A DNA stretch of 19,203 bases from Rhodothermales bacterium (GCA_040904565.1 JBBDTI010000077.1:1-19203), one strand, 5' to 3'; shown: positions 1-8,834, numbered from the stretch's first letter. Notes: generated from the sequence alone by a model not told the origin. Numbers and translations: made by a program.

Positions 1-530
1 CCCAGTCCCGTCGTCATCACGACCGTGTCCGCTTCGGGCCGGTACAGCGCCGCGCCGGCGGTAGTCGGGAAGACCAGCGTCGTCGACGATTCGACGCGCT
101 CGGTGGGCACGTGTCGTCCGCGGAGTCCGTATCGGGCGTCTATCCTCGCGAATCGGCCATTCTTACGGCGGACCACTTCTCCCTGCTCGGTGACCGCCCA
201 CAGCTCTTTGTCAGGGCCGGCGAACAGCATCGAGAAGCGATTGCCGGGAAGCTCCGGCGTGGTCGCCGCCGAAAAGACAGTGAAACGAGATCCGTCGAAG
301 CGGACCAGCCCGTCGAACGTTGCCAGCCAGAGAAATCCGTCGGTGCCCCGAACCATTTCGGTCACGCTGTTGACCGGTAGGCCCTGATCGACGTTCCACT
401 GGCTGAAGACGAACTCGGATGCTGCCCAGGGCTGGGCGCGGGCGAGTTCGACCGGTGCCCATAGCAGCGTGATCGCTACAAGGATGGGGATGAGGCGTTC
501 CCATCCCTGTCCGAGAAAGGAGTGATTCAT
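1..530 (-). CDS. N-terminal part of a secreted beta-propeller (Reg_prop) ligand-binding sensor protein, probably a two-component/hybrid sensor kinase; runs off the left edge
   Basis: Not in the ORF track because it is open at the edge. Manual translation from ATG 530 gives MNHSFLGQGWERLIPILVAITLLWAPVELARAQ (signal-like), then FSQWNVDQGLPVNSVTEMVRGTDGFLWLATFDGLVRFDGSRFTVF...PELPGNRF, the typical first blade of two-component regulator propellers. Confidence 0.85.
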   Translation of the reverse strand, partial: MNHSFLGQGWERLIPILVAITLLWAPVELARAQPWAASEFVFSQWNVDQGLPVNSVTEMVRGTDGFLWLATFDGLVRFDGSRFTVFSAATTPELPGNRFSMLFAGPDKELWAVTEQGEVVRRKNGRFARIDARYGLRGRHVPTERVESSTTLVFPTTAGAALYRPEADTVVMTTGL

Positions 531-749
531 TTGGGGATGTATGTGACGGGCTGCCGGAAAGTCCGTCCGGGATGCTATCTCTCAACGAGGTGACGATAGA
601 CCGGATGCTCCTTATGGAAGGTACGATCAACGTCCGTCCGCCGCGACTGGTTTACAAGATGTCGTTGAATTCTGGATGCGCTCGTTTGATACGTTCGTTA
701 CGTTGTCGCTACAGCTTCGCTGTCTGATTGTATAAGTTAATTCGAGGCC

Positions 750-1787
750 ATGCAGCTGCCATGCAGGATCCTCCCGGTTCGTCAGGATGATGCGATAGGC
801 CGAATCGCGCCCGGTCCATTCGTCGCTAGGTTTTGCTTCTTATTTCCTTTCCTGCTGCTCGCCGGAGTCCTCAGCGCTTGCTCCTCTGGAGGTACGATGC
901 ATGCCGAATCCGATTCCGTTGAGGGAATCATCACGACGGAAGATCGCGTCGATATTTTTTACAGAGTAACGGGCGGTGGAGCGGATACCCTGGTCGTGCT
1001 TCACGGCGGTCCCGGGATGAACGATTATCTCTCTGCCGATCTTGCGCCACTTTCGGAAACGCACACGCTGATATCCTACGATCAACGCGGCGGCGGCCAC
1101 TCGACGCCGCTATCTGAGTCGGATCGGCTCGAGGTCGACGACCACGTAAGGGATCTCGAACACGTTCGAAGGTACTTCGGGATCGATCGGATGGTGCTGC
1201 TCGGACATTCGTGGGGAGCCGGACTCGCCGCGCATTATACGCACCGTCATCCGGACCGTGTCTCGAGATTGATTCTCGTCGGAAGCATGCCGCTTCGCCG
1301 GGCATACATGGCGGAGTTCGGCTCGAATCTGACCGGATGGATGGACGAAGCAACCCGCTCGACTGCCGACAGCCTGAGAGCTCGCTACCCCGATGCCGAG
1401 GATATCGAAGCGACGTGCCGGGCATACTGGGGACTCTTCATCCGGGGCTACTTTCCTGATCCCGACGATCCGATCGGCCTGAAACGTATGCAAGGCGACG
1501 TCTGCGACGCTGCTCCACGAGCCATCCGCAATACGTTCGTCGTCAACCAGGCTACCTTGGGGTCAGCCGGCGACTGGGATTGGAGGGATCGTTTCGGTGG
1601 TCTGCGTCTGCCTGTACTGATCATCCACGGTGCCCAGGATCCGATTCCGCTCGCAGCGGCGGAGGAATGGCTGGAGGCATTTGAAAACAGCAAGCTGGTG
1701 GTGATCGACTCGGCGGGGCATTTCCCCTACGTCGATCGACCCGATGAATTTTTCGGCGTCTTGCTCGATTTTATCCAGGCGAGATAG
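750..1787 (+). CDS. Alpha/beta fold hydrolase, proline iminopeptidase-like; possible lipoprotein
   Basis: Motifs: HGGPG oxyanion motif, YDQRGGG, nucleophile GHSWG, Asp in GAQDP, His in AGHFP. A hydrophobic stretch ends in a lipobox-like LSAC. The start is uncertain; an alternative ATG at 897 follows GGAGG. Confidence 0.88.
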   Translation: MQLPCRILPVRQDDAIGRIAPGPFVARFCFLFPFLLLAGVLSACSSGGTMHAESDSVEGIITTEDRVDIFYRVTGGGADTLVVLHGGPGMNDYLSADLAPLSETHTLISYDQRGGGHSTPLSESDRLEVDDHVRDLEHVRRYFGIDRMVLLGHSWGAGLAAHYTHRHPDRVSRLILVGSMPLRRAYMAEFGSNLTGWMDEATRSTADSLRARYPDAEDIEATCRAYWGLFIRGYFPDPDDPIGLKRMQGDVCDAAPRAIRNTFVVNQATLGSAGDWDWRDRFGGLRLPVLIIHGAQDPIPLAAAEEWLEAFENSKLVVIDSAGHFPYVDRPDEFFGVLLDFIQAR

Positions 1788-1858
1788 CGCCGTCGAAAAA
1801 TACGAATGGCAGCGTGCACTGGCGCCGTGCCCGAGCGAATGCTATGGGAGTGCGGATC

Positions 1859-2338
1859 TCATGGCTCTTGTCGGCCAGGAACGTCCTCCGCGTGGAAGCG
1901 GATATGCTCGAGAGCCGCTTCGGCGTCCAGGAATCGCCCGACCTCGATCGGCTTGTCCGGCACGTGTTCGAACACGCCACGGGCGAATTCGATGAGCGTG
2001 TCCTGGAGCTCCGACGTGATCTCAACGTGTTCGTCCGGGAGCCGCGCGATCACGTTGTGATCTTCGGCGCCCGCATCGATCTGTTCCATAAGACCGATCG
2101 GCTCGCACTCGACGATTTGTCCCGATCGGAGCCGTCGTTCCGTGATCACAAAACAGTCGACGTTGAGTCCGTCGTCGGCCGCTGTGTCGATCACAAAGCC
2201 GTACGGAAACGGGTAGGCCCGGGAGACTTGCTCGGTGCTCTGAAGCTCCAGCATCTTCTCGTCGTGCCGGTGCTTCGTGGTAGAGCCGGCCTCGTTCTGG
2301 ATGAAGACGGTGATAGGCATGATAGGCATGATAGGCAT
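1859..2338 (-). CDS. Divergent family I inorganic pyrophosphatase-fold protein
   Basis: YPFPYGFVIDTAADDGLNVDCFV resembles YPxNYG...DGDPxD, and PIGLMEQIDAGAEDHNVIA resembles PVGxLxMxDExGEDxK. The start is one of three tandem ATGs (2338/2329/2320); the first lies 13 nt after the cyclophilin stop. Confidence 0.8.
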   Translation of the reverse strand: MPIMPIMPITVFIQNEAGSTTKHRHDEKMLELQSTEQVSRAYPFPYGFVIDTAADDGLNVDCFVITERRLRSGQIVECEPIGLMEQIDAGAEDHNVIARLPDEHVEITSELQDTLIEFARGVFEHVPDKPIEVGRFLDAEAALEHIRFHAEDVPGRQEP

Positions 2339-2339
2339 G
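2311..2339. repeat. 9-bp tandem repeat (TGATAGGCA)x3 over the start codon of the PPase-like gene, encoding MPI-MPI-MPI
   Basis: Read directly: tgataggca tgataggca tgataggca tg. Confidence 0.95.
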
Positions 2340-2351
2340 GACACATCCGTT

Positions 2352-2840
2352 CTAATCCGCCTCTTCCACCTCCACATCCAGCATCCGATCGCCCTGCTCG
2401 ATCGCGTCGACGACGTCCAGACCCTCCATGACCTTCCCGAAGACGGTGTGCCGGCCGTTCAGATGCGGCTGCGGGGCGTGGGTGATGAAGAACTGACTTC
2501 CGTTCGTGTTGGGCCCGGCATTCGCCATGGAGATGACGCCCCGCTCGTGCTTGAGAGGATTGCCCTTCAGTTCATCCTCAAACTGGTAACCCGGACCGCC
2601 CGTGCCCGTGCCGGTCGGGTCTCCGCCCTGGATCATAAAGTTGTCGATGACGCGGTGGAAGAGCACCTGTTCGTAAAATCCCTCTTCCGCGAGAAAGACA
2701 AAATTGTTGACGGTCTTCGGGGCGTGCTCCGGATAAAGCTCGAGCACGATCGTACCCCTATCCGTCTCAATATGTGCGCGATACGTCGCGACCTCGTCGA
2801 TTTGCATCTCCGGCGGACTGTCCCAATGTTTCTGCGGCAT
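2352..2840 (-). CDS. Cyclophilin-type peptidyl-prolyl cis-trans isomerase
   Basis: Motifs: [62 protein letters not shown]. Start placed at ATG 2840 ([12 protein letters not shown]), because the longer 3149 start overlaps the next gene. Confidence 0.96.
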   Translation of the reverse strand: MPQKHWDSPPEMQIDEVATYRAHIETDRGTIVLELYPEHAPKTVNNFVFLAEEGFYEQVLFHRVIDNFMIQGGDPTGTGTGGPGYQFEDELKGNPLKHERGVISMANAGPNTNGSQFFITHAPQPHLNGRHTVFGKVMEGLDVVDAIEQGDRMLDVEVEEAD

Positions 2841-3045
2841 ACGTTGGAATGAATGCTTCTGTAGGGATGGAATATGGATGGTCTTTGTTCGGATATCGCC
2901 ATACATACGGGCGGCGATCCGGAAATCTCCCGTCTCGCATAAGATAGTTAGGTAAAGGATGTTCAAGAGACGGCGTAAGCTATCAAGACGGGATTGCGTC
3001 TCGTGCGCACGCTCCATGACCCGTGCCATAGGCCGACCGCGGCGG

Positions 3046-3942
3046 TTACGACCAGAAAACCTCACGCATTCGATCCAGCCACGCGGGGATCTGCTCCAGC
3101 GGGTTTTCCTCTTCGTATTCGAGCACGACCCAGCCCCTGTAGTTCGCATCCACCAGTATGTCGCGGATGCGCTCGAGGTCGGTCTGGACCTCGGTGCCGT
3201 CGTTCTGATGCACGAGCACTTTTACCTGGACGTTTACGGCATGGGGCGCCGCCATGGCCAGTTCCTCGTAGGCGTTCGTGCGGAAGTTGCCCGTATCGAG
3301 GTTGACGCCGAACCAGGGGTGCTCGCCGACGGCGTCTACGATGGCCAGATGGTCGGCCGCGCGGGCCGTGATGCCGCCGTGGTTCTCCAGGCCCAGCACG
3401 ACGCCGCGTTCGGCGGCGTACTCGAGCACTTCGCGGATGCCCTCCGCCACCCATTGGATGCCGGTCGCCTTATTGACGCCGTCCGGCAGGTTGCCGGCGA
3501 AGATGCGGATGTGAGGCGCAAAGAACTCGGCGGCGTGGTCGATCCAGCGCTTCGTGTGCTCGATGTGGGCTCGTTTCTCGGGCCCGGCCGGACGGCAGAA
3601 GTCGTTGCGGATGGCGGTTCCACTGATCGTGACGCCGTTCGCAAAGGCGTGCAGCCTGAGCTCGTGCAGGTAGTCGTCGTCGAACTCGTCCGGAAAGTAA
3701 TAGGACGTCAGCTCCGTCCCGGGCAGTCCCAGCTCCGCGCACCAGTCGATGAAGCCGAACAGATCCATCTCTCCCGACGTGAGCGCCTCGCGGACGGAGT
3801 AGGCCGCCAGCGAGAGATGCATATTCCTGGTGTCCTCGGGCGAGAGGAGGGCTGTCGGACGAGCCGATACGGTGGGTGTCAGGGCTGCGCCGGCCGCGGC
3901 GAGCGTGCCGCTTTTAAGCAGGGTGCGACGGGAAATCGACAT
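3046..3942 (-). CDS. Tat-exported sugar phosphate isomerase/epimerase family protein (xylose isomerase-like TIM barrel)
   Basis: Twin-arginine signal [21 protein letters not shown]. Family motifs [19 protein letters not shown] and [10 protein letters not shown]. Confidence 0.9.
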   Translation of the reverse strand: MSISRRTLLKSGTLAAAGAALTPTVSARPTALLSPEDTRNMHLSLAAYSVREALTSGEMDLFGFIDWCAELGLPGTELTSYYFPDEFDDDYLHELRLHAFANGVTISGTAIRNDFCRPAGPEKRAHIEHTKRWIDHAAEFFAPHIRIFAGNLPDGVNKATGIQWVAEGIREVLEYAAERGVVLGLENHGGITARAADHLAIVDAVGEHPWFGVNLDTGNFRTNAYEELAMAAPHAVNVQVKVLVHQNDGTEVQTDLERIRDILVDANYRGWVVLEYEEENPLEQIPAWLDRMREVFWS

Positions 3943-4097
3943 GGCGTCGTGAATTCGATAATGGGAAGCTTGGCGACGTCGGCGCACGCACGGGCACCGC
4001 GAACGGGCGGCACGGCGCGCGTGGCACGCCATCATGATACGACCTTCCGGCCGTATTTTCAGGGAGCCGGCGTGCAGGGACGACGTACGCGCCCCAC

Positions 4098-4140
4098 AAA
4101 AAACGAAAGGGGCACCGGCAGAAACCGGCACCCCCCTCGT
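4098..4140 (-). terminator. Rho-independent terminator downstream of the 60-aa ORF
   Basis: Minus strand reads ACGAGGGGGGTGCCGG-TTTCTG-CCGGTGCCCCTTTCGT followed by a T run. This is a 16-bp stem with G-U pairs, 27 nt after the stop at 4168. Confidence 0.8.
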
Positions 4141-4167
4141 GGTGGACATGGGAAGCTCAGTGCAGGG

Positions 4168-4350
4168 TCAGCATTCCGCACAGAGGTTCTTCAGCAGCGA
4201 CTCCAGCGCGTCGGGCTTCACGTAGAAATTGGATCCACGCCGGCATACCATGAAGACCGGGCCGAGAACCTTCCAGGTGTCGATGATCTCCATATTCTGT
4301 GCCGCGTTGAGCAGCGAAACGAAGTCGTTAGAAGGCGATTCGATGTACAT
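4168..4350 (-). CDS. Small hypothetical protein (60 aa) with C-terminal CxxC
   Basis: ATG preceded by AAGGGAG at 8-nt spacing, followed by a strong terminator, and not overlapping any credible gene. Confidence 0.7.
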   Translation of the reverse strand: MYIESPSNDFVSLLNAAQNMEIIDTWKVLGPVFMVCRRGSNFYVKPDALESLLKNLCAEC

Positions 4351-4677
4351 GGCGTGAACTCCCTTATTCTTGAGTACGCTTAGTAGTATCGGCGCTGAGG
4401 GGCATTTCGTACATAGGGAAGGCCGCGGTTTTTAGCAGGTCGGTTCTACTGAAATTATCGTCGTGTGTTTTACCTACGGATAGTACCTGGAGGCGGCTGC
4501 CTTAGCTTCTCGATCGGTATCCGCGTCTGACGGTCACCTGCAGCATCCAAATCTCTTCACGTCGTCTATCAAGTCAGCAGGAAGCGGCGCGTGCCGCTGG
4601 CTATATTCCCTCATCTTCTTACCTTGGTAATGGCCCGTGCATGCCGAACTCCTAACACAAACGCTTCCAGTGAACCG

Positions 4678-5313
4678 ATGAAAGCACTCTCAAGCCTCCT
4701 GCTCGCAGTACTGCTGTTCACCGCCGTCCCATCGGCCGCTCAAGACGGCGGCTGGGTTTCTCTCTTTGACGGGACGTCCCTCGACGGCTGGCAGGTCGGC
4801 GAAAACGCCTCGACGTTCAGCGTGGAGGACGGCGTCCTCGTCGTCCACGGTCCCAGAGCGCACCTTTTCTACGCCGGCCCGGTTGAGAACCACGACTTCG
4901 ATAATTTCGAGTTTCAGGCAGATGTGATGACGACGGAAGGATCGAACTCGGGAATCTATTTCCACACGGAATACCAGGAGTCGGGCTGGCCGTCGAAGGG
5001 GTTCGAGGTGCAGGTGAACAACAGCCATACCGACTGGAAGCGGACGGCCGGACTCTATAATATCTCAGACGTGCGAGAGGCGCCGGCGGTGGACGACGAG
5101 TGGTTCACGATGCGCATCCGCGTGGAGGATAAGCGCATCCGTACGTACGTGAATGACAGCCTGGTGGTGGATTTCACGGAGCCCACGCCGCCCGAGCCCC
5201 CGCAGGGCAATGCTGATCGGGTTATCTCCAGCGGTACGTTTGCACTGCAGGGGCACGACCCTGACAGCCGTGTTTACTATCGCGATATCATGGTACGGTC
5301 GCTGCCTGAGTAG
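4678..5313 (+). CDS. DUF1080 (3-keto-disaccharide hydrolase-like) secreted protein
   Basis: Signal MKALSSLLLAVLLFTAVPSAAQ. Motifs GWVSLFDGTSLDGW, NSGIYF, GFEVQV, SGTFALQGHD, VYYRDI. Confidence 0.92.
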   Translation: MKALSSLLLAVLLFTAVPSAAQDGGWVSLFDGTSLDGWQVGENASTFSVEDGVLVVHGPRAHLFYAGPVENHDFDNFEFQADVMTTEGSNSGIYFHTEYQESGWPSKGFEVQVNNSHTDWKRTAGLYNISDVREAPAVDDEWFTMRIRVEDKRIRTYVNDSLVVDFTEPTPPEPPQGNADRVISSGTFALQGHDPDSRVYYRDIMVRSLPE

Positions 5314-5361
5314 CGTGCCGATCCATGCTTGAGGGACAAGTGACACGTTCTGGAGCGACGG

Positions 5362-6363
5362 TTACGTGACGTTCCGAGATTCCAGATCGAAGGCATCCGC
5401 CAGCAATTCGTAGGATCGGAAGCGTGCCTCAGCGTCGTGGACGATCGTCATCACCATGACCTCCTCGGCGCCCGCTTTCGCCGCGGCGTCTACGATGCGG
5501 CCGCGTACGTCGCCGGGCGTTCCGGCAATGAGGAGGTCGGCCATCGGACCGTGGGTGCGGACGTCGGGAGCCCAGCCGGCTTCACGGGCCTCGGCCGGAC
5601 TCGGAACGGGGCCGGTCTCGCCTGTGCGTAGTCGCTGAAACAATATCTCGATCGAGGACGAGAGCTCACGCGCCTCCGACTGCGTATCGGCACAGATAAC
5701 GGAGAGAGCGAGCATCACGCGGGGCTCGGGAAAGGCCTCCGACGGCTCGAAAGCCGATCGATAGGCCTCGATCGCCGGTGCCGCCGGGGTGGCACTGAAG
5801 TGGCCGGCAAAGGCGTATCCGGCCCCGATATCCCCGGCCAGCCGGGCGCTTCCGCCGCTCGACCCCAGCATCCAGATAGGCGGGAGATCCACGTTCTCCG
5901 GAGTAACACGCACATTCCTGAAGGGATGATCGTCAGGAAAGCTGCCGTCCGTGAAGGAGAGGAGCTCTGCGATGAGATGTGACACCCGATCCCCCGAGAC
6001 GGAGCGCAGGGCGCGCGCGGTAAGCGGGTCGGTTCCTGCAGCCCGCCCGATGCCCAGGTCGATGCGGCCCGGATGCAGGGCCTCCAGCGTGCGATACCGC
6101 TCCACGACCTGGAGCGGTGTGTGGTTCGGGAGCATCACGCCGCCCGCCCCTACGCGAACGCGCTCGGTTTTGGGGGCGACGTGCGCGATCATGAGCTCAG
6201 GGGATGACGAGGCGATGCCCGCCATGCCGTGGTGCTCGGCGTACCAGACGCGCTCGAACCCCCGGCGATCCGCCAGACGAGCAAGCGGCACGGCGCGGTC
6301 GATCGCGTCGGTGGCGGACGAACCGGACAGGACAGGGAGGACGTCGAGGATGGAAAGATGCAT
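5362..6363 (-). CDS. LLM class flavin-dependent oxidoreductase (luciferase-like monooxygenase)
   Basis: Motifs LSILD, WYAEHH, RVGAGGVMLPNH, LHPGRIDLGIGRAAG, WMLGSS. Confidence 0.94.
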   Translation of the reverse strand: MHLSILDVLPVLSGSSATDAIDRAVPLARLADRRGFERVWYAEHHGMAGIASSSPELMIAHVAPKTERVRVGAGGVMLPNHTPLQVVERYRTLEALHPGRIDLGIGRAAGTDPLTARALRSVSGDRVSHLIAELLSFTDGSFPDDHPFRNVRVTPENVDLPPIWMLGSSGGSARLAGDIGAGYAFAGHFSATPAAPAIEAYRSAFEPSEAFPEPRVMLALSVICADTQSEARELSSSIEILFQRLRTGETGPVPSPAEAREAGWAPDVRTHGPMADLLIAGTPGDVRGRIVDAAAKAGAEEVMVMTIVHDAEARFRSYELLADAFDLESRNVT

Positions 6364-6533
6364 GTTGGGTCTGTATCGGATAAAGGCAGAGAAGGTCGGG
6401 CAACTTGCTACGTTGGGGAACGATGGCGGATTCGTCCGGCGAAGCCGTCTATCCCCCTACGCCTCTAACCCCGATCTGCAGCGTACATCCGATCTTTCCG
6501 AAGCCGTTATCAATCAACAGTCTGCACTACATC

Positions 6534-7156
6534 ATGACCAGCAGAGCGATCGTAGTTGCCCTGTGCTGCATCCCGTTCCTGGCGTCATGCGGTCAGGTAG
6601 GGGAGGACTCGCCCGAGCCGGTATCTGTCGTGTTCGACACCGACATGACCACCGACTGCGACGACGCCGGTGCACTTGCGATGCCGCATGCGCTAGAGGG
6701 CAGCGGCGAGGCAACTATTCTGGCTACGGTAGTGAATAACCGTGGCCGCTATTCGGCCGGTGCGACGGCAGCGATCAACGCGTTTTATGGTCGGGGGGAT
6801 GTGCCGGTCGGCGCCTATCATGGGAACGTGGTTGGTCGCGAAGCGGCGGACTTTTTCCAGGAGATCGCGCTGGATACGGCGGCGTACGGGCATGAGAGCG
6901 GCGTACGCCAAGCCTATCCGGACGCCGTGGACGTCTACCGACAGATATTGTCCCAAGCCGGCCCGAAGGAGGTGGTGCTCGTGAGTGTGGGACATCTCAA
7001 CAATCTATATGATCTGCTTCACTCCGAATCCGACGAACACAGTCCTCTGCGCGGCGTCGATCTGATCGATCAGAAAGTGGATCGCCTGGTAGTGATGGGC
7101 GGCCACTTCCTCGAGAACCCGTCAGTCCGTTATCCGCGTGGATGCGAGCACAACTT
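6534..7156 (+). pseudogene. 3'-truncated inosine/uridine-preferring nucleoside hydrolase family lipoprotein
   Basis: Lipobox-type signal (FLASC), Asp-rich DTDMTTDCDDAGALA motif, SVGHLNNL, LVVMGG and EHN. Similarity then stops after about 207 codons. The rest of the ORF (to 7277) is antisense Rieske sequence. Confidence 0.8.
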
Positions 7157-7390
7157 GGCCGCTCCCGTCTCCAGTTCGAACCGGGCGCCATGCCACGGAC
7201 ATTCAACCTCGCCATTGTCAATCTCGTCCGCACAGAGCGGGCCGTTCTGGTGCTTACATGCATTATTGAGGGCGTAGTACGCGTCGTCAATCCGAAAGAG
7301 GGCGATGTCGCGTCCGTCTACATGGACTTCCCTCACGCCGTCGTCGGAGAGGTATTCGACGAAGGCCACGGTTTCGAAGACCTTCTTCAA
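7154..7390 (-). pseudogene. 3'-truncated Rieske [2Fe-2S] ferredoxin
   Basis: CKH and CPWHGARFELETG ligand boxes are present. The final strands expected after ETGAAK are missing, and the frame runs into antisense nucleoside hydrolase sequence (stop at 7130). Only TTG 7390 or GTG 7453 is available as a start. Confidence 0.75.
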
Positions 7391-7592
7391 AATTTCGGTT
7401 CCGGCGTACAACGAGTGCGACGGTCCCGTCCGAACGTTTGCCCGGTTGGACACCCATGCGCCGCATAACTATACTTCGTAAGGATACGCTCGAGGGAAAG
7501 TTTGGCGGGGTGCACAGCATCCATGCGAGACAGGCCGGGCAGGTAGGTCCACATACACTCAGATAAATTATAACGTCAAACGGCTTTTCGTC

Positions 7593-8753
7593 ATGCTACC
7601 ATCCACCCGAAAAAAAAACGAGACCGGAACCGCTCGGGCCACGCGCATGGAATCCGTCATGCGGGATTTGCTCGCCGAGGCCGATGTCAAGATCGGCGGC
7701 GATCGTCCCTGGGATCTGCAGGTGCACGACAAGCGATTTTACCGCCGCGTGCTCTCGGGCGGCGTGCTGGCGCTGGGGGAGTCGTATATGGACGGATGGT
7801 GGGACTGCGAGGCGTTGGATCAGTTTGTGGAGCGCGTAATGCGGGCTGGACTCAGGGATGCCGTGGGGAGGTCGTTTCGCGCCCGCTTTTACATCCTCCT
7901 CGCCTACCTGACGAACCGCCAGAACCGTTCCCGCGCCTTCGAGGTCGGCCAGCGGCATTATGACATCGGCAACGATCTCTACGAGGTCATGCTGGACGAC
8001 CGTATGACGTACAGCTGCGGCTACTGGAAGGAGGCGTCGAATCTCGACGACGCTCAGGAGGCGAAGCTGGATCTGATCTGCCGGAAGATCGGCCTCCGAC
8101 CGGGCCAGCACGTGCTCGATATCGGATGCGGATGGGGCAGCTTCATCGGCTACGCCGCCGAACACTACGGAGCGCGGGCGACCGGTATCACGGTCTCCGA
8201 GAACCAGGCGGCGTACGCCCGGGAGCGCTATGCCTCCCTGCCGGTCGAGGTCCGCCTGATGGACTACCGCGACCTCGCCGGGACGTACGATCACATCGTA
8301 TCCGTGGGGATGTTCGAGCACGTGGGAGCGAAGAACTATCGGACGTTCATGGAGGTCGCGCGCCGCTGCCTCGCCGACGACGGACTCGTTCTTCTCCATA
8401 CGATTACCGGCTTCCGGACGGGCCACACGATCAATCCCTGGACGGAGAAGTACATCTTTCCCAACAGCATGCTGCCTTCGGCGAAGCAGATCGGAGAAGC
8501 CACCGAAAAGCTGTTTGTCATGGAGGACGTCCACAATTTCGGAGCGGACTATGACCCGACGCTCATGGCCTGGCACCGGAATGTGGCCGCTGCGTGGGAC
8601 CGGCTCGCGAACCGCTACGACGAACGATTCCGGAGGATGTGGCGGTTCTATCTGCTCACCTCCGCCGGATCGTTCCGCGTGCGCCGAACGGGCCTCTGGC
8701 AGGTGGTGCTCTCCAGCCAGGGCGTGCCCGGCGGATACCGGTCCGTGCGGTAA
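7593..8753 (+). CDS. cfa: Cyclopropane fatty acyl phospholipid synthase
   Basis: Motifs LGESYMDGWW, HYDIGNDLY, MTYSCGYW, AQEAKL, SAM-binding VLDIGCGWG, SVGMFEHVG, KYIFPNS. Alternative start ATG 7647. Confidence 0.95.
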   Translation: MLPSTRKKNETGTARATRMESVMRDLLAEADVKIGGDRPWDLQVHDKRFYRRVLSGGVLALGESYMDGWWDCEALDQFVERVMRAGLRDAVGRSFRARFYILLAYLTNRQNRSRAFEVGQRHYDIGNDLYEVMLDDRMTYSCGYWKEASNLDDAQEAKLDLICRKIGLRPGQHVLDIGCGWGSFIGYAAEHYGARATGITVSENQAAYARERYASLPVEVRLMDYRDLAGTYDHIVSVGMFEHVGAKNYRTFMEVARRCLADDGLVLLHTITGFRTGHTINPWTEKYIFPNSMLPSAKQIGEATEKLFVMEDVHNFGADYDPTLMAWHRNVAAAWDRLANRYDERFRRMWRFYLLTSAGSFRVRRTGLWQVVLSSQGVPGGYRSVR

Positions 8754-8834
8754 GGCGGTGTCGGGCGGAGGCTCGATAGAATCTGAGATGGTCGGAAGCA
8801 CCCGTCCATGCTTTTTTCGTCCATTTGCCGTTGA

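Noticed and set aside
25-630. ORF-track calls 25..387, 111..380 and 211..630
   Set aside because: The real gene is the open minus-strand frame starting at 530; these are shadow or alternative frames.
2959-4383. 474-aa plus-strand ORF
   Set aside because: Antisense shadow of the TIM-barrel gene and the small ORF, with no motifs. Such shadows are expected at high GC.
7458-7485. dif-like or lox-like site GCGCCGCATAA-CTATAC-TTCGTAAGGAT
   Set aside because: The left arm matches the E. coli XerC arm 8/11, but the normally better conserved XerD arm matches only 4/11. There is no dyad symmetry and no recombinase nearby.
8795-8817. Possible terminator after cfa (GAAGCA...TGCTTT plus T run)
   Set aside because: The stem is only 5-6 weak base pairs with an 8-nt loop, which is not convincing.
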